NCBI GenBank assembly: GCA_963718915.1
Contig: CAVRAI010000004.1
Coordinates: 750,001 to 782,000 of the forward strand
Direction: 5' to 3'
Origin: an uncultured Chloroflexia bacterium
GTDB lineage: Bacteria > Chloroflexota > Ktedonobacteria > Ktedonobacterales > JADMIN01
DNA length: 32,000 nt
The translations under genes were made by a program, and so were the position numbers. The notes beneath the pieces are model-generated. The model worked only from the letters and a program-made list of their open reading frames with translations. It was not told where the DNA came from and did not search any database. Shown here piece after piece: positions 1 to 7,718 of the stretch; within the stretch, counting starts at the first letter, position 1, and the number at the start of each line of letters is the position of its first letter.

Positions 1-266
1 GCTTTGCCGCGGAGACCGAACATATCGCCGCGAACGCTGCCAGGAAGCTTACCGCAAAGGATCTGGATATCCTCGTCGCCAACGATGTTGCCCGGAGCGA
101 TATTGGATTCCAGGCGCCAGATAACGAGGTGACGCTCTATCACCGTGATGGCACGGTCGAGGAGCTACCTTTCCAGGCGAAGCGTGCCGTCGCCGACGCC
201 ATCTGGGATCGTGTTTCTCCGTTGGTGCGTGCGCGAGCCACGGCCGCTATTGATTTGCACAACTGA
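1..266 (+). CDS. coaBC: CoaBC (phosphopantothenoylcysteine decarboxylase / phosphopantothenate--cysteine ligase), 3' end only; the 5' part lies left of the window
   Basis: My translation of frame 3 (codons from nt 3) reads FAAETEHIAANAARKLTAKDLDILVANDVARSDIGFQAPDNEVTLYHRDGTVEELPFQAKRAVADAIWDRV..., with stop TGA at 264-266. The pattern GFAAET...D.D.IVAND...N.V is the conserved tail of the CoaB ligase domain. It is absent from the ORF track because no start codon lies in the window. Confidence 0.75.
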   Translation, partial: FAAETEHIAANAARKLTAKDLDILVANDVARSDIGFQAPDNEVTLYHRDGTVEELPFQAKRAVADAIWDRVSPLVRARATAAIDLHN

Positions 267-319
267 TATCGCGCACCATAATTGGAGTAGATGTTACGTG
301 TGCGCCGGTCCCATAGCCG

Positions 320-348
320 TTGCCGCTTCGCAAGGCCAGTGCTACACT
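320..348 (+). promoter_or_regulatory. Putative sigma70-type promoter with extended -10 for the YYY operon: TTGCCG (320-325), 17 nt spacer, TACACT (343-348), TG at 340-341
   Basis: Read directly from the sequence. It lies about 74 nt upstream of the ATG at 422, which has GGAG 7 nt upstream. This implies the ORF-track start at 320 is not used. Confidence 0.4.
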
Positions 349-421
349 GCCAGTGCTTTTCAGTCTTTTGTGGCCCATCTGCGCGACTCCAGGGCGGCCA
401 TTCCACGAGTGGAGAAGAACG

Positions 422-2359
422 ATGCAGGAGGCGTCAATGCCGAACCGCACTCGGCGTCGCCTGCGACCAGCTTTCGCTGCTATTCGGCCATACTCATCTG
501 ATGAGGTCGAGACGACCACCACTGCCGCGGCACGTCGGGTGAGCACGATTTCGGATCGTGTGTGGGGCTGGCTGGCACGCCGTGATCCCCTCTTCTGGGC
601 GATGGTCGGTATCGCGCTCGTCGCGCTGGTGTTACGGCTCTACGGCATCAACTGGGACGCTAATAATCACCTCCACCCCGATGAGCGTGAAATCGTCTTC
701 AAGGCGATGTGTCTCTCATTTCCCGGTACGCCGCGAATTGGTAATTGCGATCCAGCCTATACGGGTCCGGGCTGGCTGCTTTCGCCAAATTCGCCCCTCA
801 ATCCGCACTTTTTTGCCTATGGTTCATTCCCGCTGTATCTGTTGGCCGCGGTCGCGCATGGTCTTGCCTGGATTACCCATCTTACCGGTGGGCGATTTCT
901 GCCGCCAGATGGAGGAACCTGGGACGATTTCAATCACTTTACGCTGGTGGGTCGGGCGATTTCGGCAATATTCGACGCTGGTACCGTTCTGCTGGCTGGC
1001 CTGATTACCCGTCGGCTCGCGGGCCGCTGGGCAGCGCTGCTGGCGGCGGCGTTTGTCGCGACAATCCCCTTCGAGGTGCAGGTCGCGCACTTCTACGCTG
1101 TGGACACCCTAATGCTGTTTTTCGTCATGCTGACGCTCTACGGCTGCATGTTGCTCGTGCAGGGAGCGGGTTCACCAGCCTCGCGGGATCGCCTCGCGGC
1201 AGGCCAGTGGTGGGCATGGCGTCTGGGCGTGCTGATCGGCGTCGCGTATGCGCTGGCACTCGCCACAAAGGTGAGCGCGCTGCCGCTGGCGGTACCGATT
1301 CTTGTGGCTCTGGCGCTCTGCTGGTGGCGGCGAGGGATGGATTCCATGTTACTCGCGTTCATGGGAGTCGTCTCGACCGGCCTTATCGTATTTACGCTTG
1401 TCAGTCCCTATACGTTCCTCGATTGGAAGGAATTTCAGCAGCAGGTCACCGAGCAGACGATGCTCTCACAAGGCCAGCTGGACTACCCCTACGTGCGCCA
1501 GTTCGCGGATGCGACCAATTACATCTATCCTTTGCGGCAATTGTTGCTGTATGACATGGGTTTGCCGCTTGGGGTGCTCGGCCTTGCAGGCTTTGCCTGG
1601 GCAACGAGCAAGCTCTGGCGCACTCTAAATACCGACTGGCTGATTCTTGTTTCGTGGCTGGCCGTCTACTTTGGTATTGTCGGCGGCGCATACATGAAGT
1701 TCAGCCGGTACATGCTCCCCGTCTTCACCGGGCTGGCAATCTGCGGCGCGGCGGCGCTTGCCGCATTGAGCGCGTGGGGGCTGCGTCGGCTACGCGCTAT
1801 CAGCGAAAGTCAAGCGGAAGCTAAACAGCGACGCTGGTGGCGCCGCGATCCGTTCGCGCTGCCGATGGCGCGCTGGGCAACGACGCTCTGGGGTGTGCGC
1901 TGGTGGCGTGGGGTCTGTCTGGCTATCGCGCTAGGGGTGTTGGTGGCTTCCAGTTTTGCCACGCTTGCTCTGCTCAACATCTACAGCGAGCCGAATACCC
2001 GTGTGCAGGCATCCGTCTGGATCTATGACCACGTATCCGCTGGCTCGACGCTGACCAACGAGGTCTGGGACGATCCGCTCCCGATAGAAGCGCCGCCTGC
2101 GCGCGTCGACGCGCAGGGAGTTGGATATACCGCCAGTGGCGCGGTTATCAACCCATCGGAGTACCAGCAGATTGGCCTCAATCTGTATGACGATGACACG
2201 CAGCAGAAAGCCGTCCAACTGGCGCAGAGTCTCGCCAGCGCCAATGTTGTCGTCATCAGTAGCCAGCGGCTGGTCAAGTCCATCCCCAAACTGCCTGACC
2301 GCTACCCTATGACCACGCGCTACTACGATCTGCTCTTCGCGGGCAAGTTGGGATTTCAA
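422..2359 (+). CDS. Segment 1 of the fusion gene: PMT_2/GT39-like (GT-C type) polytopic membrane module with a soluble tail
   Basis: The pattern is TM1 (LFWAMVGIALVALVLRLYGI), then HPDERE (DE at 680-685), then FFAYGSFPLYLL and many further hydrophobic segments. This is the ArnT/PMT-like family pattern. The as-given ORF runs on to 2605, but after 2359 it becomes R/G/P-rich out-of-frame sequence. Confidence 0.75.
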
Positions 2360-2360
2360 A

Positions 2361-4121
2361 CTGGCGGCGCACTTCGAGAACCACCCAAACCTCCTGGGCA
2401 TCACGCTCGACGACAGCGGAGCGGACGAGAGCTTCTCGGTCTACGATCATCCGCCGGTCTGGATCTTCACACGCGAGGGTGCGGGTTTGACCCAGGCGCA
2501 GCTGACTCAGGAACTGACGAACGGCCTCTATTTGCCAGCGGCATCGCATCGCTCTGGCAGCCAGAAATCGCTGCTGCTCTCATCACAGGATGCGGCGGCG
2601 GATAACCAGTCGCAGCCACTCGGCGTGCAGTTCCCGGCAAATAGCCTTGCCAATTCGATCCCATTGCTCTGGTGGCTGCTTATCATCGAACTCCTGGGCA
2701 TTGTGAGTTTCCCGCTCGCCTTCAGCGCGTTTCCCGGATTGCGCGACCGTGGCTGGGGCTTGAGCAAGCTGCTTGGGCTACTCGTCCTGGCATGGGCCAT
2801 CTGGCTGCCTTCCAGTCTGCATGTGTTGCCATTTGATCGCTGGGCAGTTGTCCTGATGTTCGGCGTGCTGGCGGCATTCGGCGCGCTTGTCGCCTGGCTA
2901 CGACGCGATGCCCTCTGGGCATTTATCCGGGCACGTTGGCGGCTACTCGTTATTGGCGAGGCGTTCTTTGTGGCGGCGTTCCTCTTCTTCGTCTGGATTC
3001 GCGCGCTCGACCCTGATCTCTGGCATATCTATCGCGGCGGCGAAAAGCCAATGGAGCTCGCCTTCCTGAACGGCATCCTACGCAGTCGCTTTATGCCGCC
3101 GCTTGATCCCTGGTTCAGTGGTGGCTATATCAACTACTACTACTACGGCCAGTATCTGATTGCCGTGCTCATCAAACTGACCGGCATCGCCCCAACTACT
3201 GCCTTCAATCTGGCGATTCCACTGCTGTTTGGCCTGACGTGTTCCGCTGCCTATTCGGTGGTTGCCGGGATGACCGGTCGCTGGTGGGCGGGTCTGATGG
3301 GTGGGCTTGGCCTGGCTGTCGTGGGCAATCTGGATGGTCTGCTGCAACTGATCGGCCAGCTTCAGGCATCGCTTGCCGGGCAGATTCCACCTGCCTTCGA
3401 TTACTGGCGTAGCAGTCGTGTCATCCCGTTTACGATCAACGAGTTCCCATTCTGGAGCTTCCTCTACGCCGATCTCCATGCTCATCTGATTGATCTGCCA
3501 ATCGTCGTGTTGATTATCGCTGCCTGTGGCTCGCTTCTGCGTGGCGCGAGCGTCTTCGGACAACACTGGCGGTCGGTGGTTCCGACGCTGGCGGTCGTGG
3601 CGCTGGCGCTTGGGGCGGCATGGTGTACGAATACATGGGATTTGCCGACGTATGGCTTGCTGGTTGCGCTCGTACTGATGTTGCGGCTGTTCCCGAATGG
3701 AGGCGTGGGCTTCTGGCGGACGCTGAAGAGCCTCTCATGGTCCGCCATTCGCAATGTGGCGCTGGCCGTGGTCCTGACATTCGCAGGCGCATACGCGCTC
3801 TACCTGCCATTCCACGCGAATTTCCAGAACTTCGTCAGCGGTACCGGGCCGGTCACCACGCCTACGAATCCCGCCCAGTTTGTTACGCTGTTCGGCATAT
3901 GGCTCTTCCTGGTGGCGAGCTTCCTATTCCTCGAACTGTGGGATCGCGTCGAGCGTACATTTGGTGGCGAGGATCGAACTGGTCAGGCGCAGCGCCTCAT
4001 CCTGCTCACGCTTGCAAGTATCGTTGTTCTGTTGCTGGCGTTTGCCATCAGCCTCAAAGTGCTGTTGCTCGTGCTGCTCGGCGCTGGCGCGTATCTCGCG
4101 CTTGGGAAGCCGCCACTCAGC
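2361..4121 (+). CDS. Segment 2 of the fusion gene: end of the GT-C module tail, a linker, and the N-terminal two thirds of a Chlor_Arch_YYY (DUF2298) module
   Basis: Frame 0 reads LAAHFENHPNLLGITLDDSGADESFSVYDHPPVWIF, then a linker. It then carries PLLWWLLIIELLG..., GGEKPMELAFLNGILRS, PPLDPWFSGGYINYYYYGQY (3129-3155), TAFNL, TINEFPFWSFLYADLHAHL and NTWDLPTY. These are collinear with gene 2. The ORF-track entry is 2487..4211. Confidence 0.8.
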
Positions 4122-4122
4122 G

Positions 4123-5079
4123 GTCAAACGGTTGACCTATCTGGTGATTTTGCTAGGCCTGGGGGTTGCCTTCGGCGTCGAAGTCATCTACGTACGCGAC
4201 TTTCTGGATAACTCCGACTGGGAGCGGATGAACACGGTCTTCAAGTTCTACTATCAGGTGTGGACCCTGCTCTCGCTTGGAGGAATACTGGCGCTGACTC
4301 AGATGCTCGGACGCATCTTCCCGATGCGCTCCACCGAGGCGACACAGCAAGATGGCGACGATGAGACTGGTCAGGAGTTGATAGAGGAAGAGGAGTCTTC
4401 AGGCCAGGTTGCGCCCTCACATCCTCGTGGCGTGGAGTGGGCAGGCGTTTTGCGCGGCGGCATGCGGATCGTATGGGTATTGGCATTCGCTGGTCTGCTC
4501 TTTGGGTCGTCGATCTTTCTGATCGAGGGCACAAAAGCGCGAGTGAGCGATCCCGCTGTTTGGGCCGCCGTGCAGCCGCCACCGGGTGGCGTTCAGCCAC
4601 AAGGTCTCTCGCTAGATGGTATGGCTTATATGCGCGGTTGGTATCCAGGTGACTACGCAGCAATCACCTGGATCAATGACCATATCGCGGGCGCGCCAAC
4701 TATCGTGGAGGCGAGCAATGGCCCGTATGCGTGGTATAGCCGCGTCTCGATTTACACAGGACTGCCCGATGTGTTGGGCTGGAGCAGTCACGAATCACAG
4801 CAGCGTTACGGTGATCAGGTCTATGCGCGTCAGTCGGATGTGCAGACATTCTATGGATCCGAGGATCCCGCTGCCGCAGTGAACTTCTTGCGCGAGTACA
4901 GCGTCAAGTATGTCTACATCGGCGGCCTCGAGCGCACCTGTTATATGACCAATGACCAGGGAGGCTGTGTGCCAATGTCTGGCGCGGCGCTCGATAAATT
5001 CACATCACTGGCGCATGCGGGCGTATTGCGTGCGGTTTATCAGAATAGTGATGTGGTGATCTATCAGGTGGTTGGCTAA
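4123..5079 (+). CDS. Segment 3 of the fusion gene: C-terminal third of the YYY module (last TMs plus the extracytoplasmic C-terminal domain)
   Basis: Frame 1 reads VKRLTYLVILLGLGVAFGVEVIYVRDFL...ERMNTVFKFYYQVW...SLDGMAYM...WINDHIAGAPTIVEA...YTGLPDVLGWSSHESQQRY...YVYIGGLER. It matches gene 2 motif for motif. The ORF-track entry 3880..5079 overlaps segment 2 in its first ~240 nt. Confidence 0.8.
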   Translation, partial: VKRLTYLVILLGLGVAFGVEVIYVRDFLDNSDWERMNTVFKFYYQVWTLLSLGGILALTQMLGRIFPMRSTEATQQDGDDETGQELIEEEESSGQVAPSHPRGVEWAGVLRGGMRIVWVLAFAGLLFGSSIFLIEGTKARVSDPAVWAAVQPPPGGVQPQGLSLDGMAYMRGWYPGDYAAITWINDHIAGAPTIVEASNGPYAWYSRVSIYTGLPDVLGWSSHESQQRYGDQVYARQSDVQTFYGSEDPAAAVNFLREYSVKYVYIGGLERTCYMTNDQGGCVPMSGAALDKFTSLAHAGVLRAVYQNSDVVIYQVVG

Positions 5080-7703
5080 TGGGCGAGACGATTTTCTGGT
5101 GGTTGGCAATTGAAGTGATCGGTCTCGCTGGGCTGCCCCTGACCGCGCTGGTCTTCGCCAATCTGCCTGATCGCGGCTGGTCGCTGGCCAAACCGTTCAG
5201 CTTGCTTATGCTTGGCTGGCTGATCTGGTTTCCCCTCACCCTCATCTCGGCGCTGCCATTCAACCGTGTTTGGATTGTACTGACACTACTCCTCTATCTC
5301 GCGGGGAACGTTGCGCTTGTGTGGAGGGTGGCGCGCGTCAGAAATGCGCTCGCAGCGCTTTTTGCACGGCAGCGCGGCTATCTCATTCTCACCGAACTCC
5401 TCTTTATCGTGGCGTTCGCGGCGATGGTCTGGGAGCGGTCCTTTACTCCCGCAGTGGTGGACACCGAAAAATTTATGGATGTGGCGTTCCTCTCGTCGAT
5501 CTGGCGTGCTCCCCACCTGCCACCACCTGACCCATGGCTCAGTGGCCAGTCTATTAACTACTACTACTTTGGCCACTATCTGATAGCGCTGCTCGCAAAG
5601 CTGCTTGGCACTGTTCCCGGCACGGCCTTCAATCTCGGCATTGGCCTCATCTTTGCGCTCACGGCGGTGGCGGTGTTTGGTGTCGCCGCTAATCTCTTCG
5701 CCGTGGTGTCTCCCACTAGGCGAGGATTCTGGCGCGGGCTGGTTGGATTGACCTCGGCGTTCTTTGTGCTGATTCTCGGCAACCTGAACGGGGCGCAGGT
5801 CTGGTGGCAGAACGCGCAGGATCTGGCGCGCCAGTTGCCAGCGCTCTACAGCAGCCCGTGGGCATGGTTACTCCATCGCGATGTCTGGACGCGCTACGAC
5901 TGGTGGGCGCCTTCGCGAGTCATCCCCAACACGATCAACGAGTTTCCGGCGTTCAGTTTTGTTCTTGCCGATCTACACGCGCATGTGCTGGCGCTACCCT
6001 TTGCGACTGTGGCTATCGGTCTTGCGTGCAACCTGCTGCTTGCGCGTAGGTCAGGCATTCATGCATTTGGTGATGGGCGTCTGAGTTTGCTCGTACTTCT
6101 GGCTTGCGGTGTGGCGATAGGTGGGCTGTATGCCATCAATGGATGGGACTTACCCACCTATCTGGGACTGGCAGTGCTGGCGCTCGCGATTCAGCAGTGG
6201 CTGGCGCATGAGCGGCGGTTCAGCAAACCGCTCTTCATCGATTTCCTGACGGTCGCACTGTTACTCTGCGCGCTGTGTTTTGTCGCATACTTGCCATTCT
6301 ATCGCGACTATTCCTCGCCAGGAGAAGGCGTGGGGCTGGTTCCATTTAATGCGCGCACTCCTATAGGCTACGAAGTGGCTATTTTCGGTCTGCCCCTGTT
6401 TGTGCTGCTCTCGCTGGCGACGGTGCGATTGGTGAAGCGCTGGCCTGCGCCGGGCGCGCAGATCACTTTGGCAACTGGAGTGGTGCTGGCATTGGGATCT
6501 TTGCTTGTGCCCAACGCGACACTCTGGACGTTACTCGGGGCACTGCTGGTGGTAGCTGTCTGCGCCTATCTAGCGGCTGGTCTACTGGGGCTGCGGTTAG
6601 GTAGTGGTCTACCTGCGGATGCGCTCTACCCCCACGAGGATGCGCGCGAGAATGAACGGTTGCGCGCCAGGGCGTGGCTCTGGTGCCTCAGCGGTACGGC
6701 TGTCGCGCTGATTGCCGCCTGCGAGCTAGTCTTTCTCCGAGATGTGTTTGCTGGGGGAGATCAGGGCCCGCTTGGCTCGGCCTTCCGAATGAACACCGTC
6801 TTCAAACTGTATTATCAAGCATGGCTGCTGCTGGGCATCGTCGCGGGGCCAGCGCTCTGGTGGTTGCTTGCTGGCGCATTTCGCTGGTTGCGCACTGCTT
6901 TCGTTGCGCATGATTGGGCGGAGCCACAACCGGCTCTAGTGCGCGTGGCGCCGGGCGCGCAGATGCTTCATGGTGAGGCTGGCTCGCTGGCGACCCTCGC
7001 CGCGAGCGACCCCTATGCGGATCTCTCGGCGGCTGTTCCACCAAATAGTTCAATATCGGCGGGAACCGATACACATGAGCCACCGTCCATACACAGTGGG
7101 CATAGACGCACTGGGCCAGATGCGTTGCGCGCACTCGGTGCGGGTGGTATCGTACTCTGGATACTTGTGTGTGCGGCGCTGGTTGGCGCGGCTACGATCT
7201 ATCCCATCATGGCGACCGCGGCCCGTACGGCTAATTTCACGCTGTCACGCTCGCTTGACGGCACGGCCTATATGAGCACCGATCTGGTGAATCAGGGCGA
7301 TGCGCAGGCCATTGCGTGGCTCAATGCCCACGTGACGGGTGATGCGGTTATCGTCGAAGCCGCGCAATATGACGAGTACACGCACAATGGTCGTGTCTCG
7401 GCCTTTACGGGGCTGCCAACGCTGATTGGTTGGGGAGGCCACGAGCTACAGTGGCGTTACAACTGGTTGCAGCAGCCAGGGCGAGGCAATCTCATTACAC
7501 AGCGGTTGAATGCTGTGGCGCAAATTTATACCGATACCAGCGAGCAGCAGGTGTTGAAGCTGCTCCATCAATACTCAGTGAGCTATGTATATGTTGGCGC
7601 GGCGGAACGCCAGTTATATCCATCGGCTGACCTGGGTCGTTTCGCGACGTTTCTCCGCATGGTCTATCATTCCGCTGATGTGACCATCTACGCGGTTCCA
7701 TAA
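5079..7703 (+). CDS. Chlor_Arch_YYY family polytopic membrane protein (DUF2298/TIGR03662), 874 aa
   Basis: Intact ORF whose ATG overlaps the upstream stop (TAATG, 5077-5081). Motifs: DTEKFMDVAFL, PPPDPWLSGQSINYYYFGHY (5553-5579), TINEFPAFSFVLADLHAHV, NGWDLPTY, RMNTVFKLYYQAW. The C-terminal domain reads SLDGTAYM...VIVEA...TGLPTLIGWGGHELQWRY...YVYVGAAER. Confidence 0.9.
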   Translation: MGETIFWWLAIEVIGLAGLPLTALVFANLPDRGWSLAKPFSLLMLGWLIWFPLTLISALPFNRVWIVLTLLLYLAGNVALVWRVARVRNALAALFARQRGYLILTELLFIVAFAAMVWERSFTPAVVDTEKFMDVAFLSSIWRAPHLPPPDPWLSGQSINYYYFGHYLIALLAKLLGTVPGTAFNLGIGLIFALTAVAVFGVAANLFAVVSPTRRGFWRGLVGLTSAFFVLILGNLNGAQVWWQNAQDLARQLPALYSSPWAWLLHRDVWTRYDWWAPSRVIPNTINEFPAFSFVLADLHAHVLALPFATVAIGLACNLLLARRSGIHAFGDGRLSLLVLLACGVAIGGLYAINGWDLPTYLGLAVLALAIQQWLAHERRFSKPLFIDFLTVALLLCALCFVAYLPFYRDYSSPGEGVGLVPFNARTPIGYEVAIFGLPLFVLLSLATVRLVKRWPAPGAQITLATGVVLALGSLLVPNATLWTLLGALLVVAVCAYLAAGLLGLRLGSGLPADALYPHEDARENERLRARAWLWCLSGTAVALIAACELVFLRDVFAGGDQGPLGSAFRMNTVFKLYYQAWLLLGIVAGPALWWLLAGAFRWLRTAFVAHDWAEPQPALVRVAPGAQMLHGEAGSLATLAASDPYADLSAAVPPNSSISAGTDTHEPPSIHSGHRRTGPDALRALGAGGIVLWILVCAALVGAATIYPIMATAARTANFTLSRSLDGTAYMSTDLVNQGDAQAIAWLNAHVTGDAVIVEAAQYDEYTHNGRVSAFTGLPTLIGWGGHELQWRYNWLQQPGRGNLITQRLNAVAQIYTDTSEQQVLKLLHQYSVSYVYVGAAERQLYPSADLGRFATFLRMVYHSADVTIYAVP

Positions 7704-7718
7704 GTCAGGAGTGAGTCT

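Larger units (their letters stand above)
422..5079 (+). pseudogene. Fusion gene with an N-terminal PMT_2/GT-C-like glycosyltransferase module and a Chlor_Arch_YYY (DUF2298/TIGR03662) module; interrupted by two +1 frameshifts (near 2360 and near 4122). Reconstructed product is about 1550 aa
   Basis: Three overlapping ORF-track entries (320..2605, 2487..4211, 3880..5079) join into one continuous conserved reading if one nt is skipped at about 2360 and one at about 4122. Frame 0 has no stop from 2313 to 4209. The third piece aligns with the C-terminal half of paralogous gene 2. This may be a true pseudogene or an assembly indel artefact. Confidence 0.7.

Noticed and set aside
320-421. N-terminal extension of the first giant ORF (ORF-track start at 320)
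   Set aside because: The extension (MPLRKASATLPVLFSLLWPICATPGRPFHEWRRT) overlaps the predicted promoter (320-348) and has no SD. The ATG at 422 has GGAG 7 nt upstream, and the recognisable protein begins after it.
745-1554. 269-aa ORF in an alternative + frame inside gene 1
   Set aside because: It is an overlapping out-of-frame ORF with R/G/A-rich composition. The frame-2 product is the hydrophobic, motif-bearing one.
2354-4125. Programmed +1 ribosomal frameshifting as the explanation for the breaks in gene 1 (both sites contain TCAAAC)
   Set aside because: I see no known slippery or shifty-stop context (for example the prfB-type CUU UGA C with an upstream SD). The third +1 break, in rnc, lacks the TCAAAC string. 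Simple single-base insertions in homopolymers explain all three more economically.
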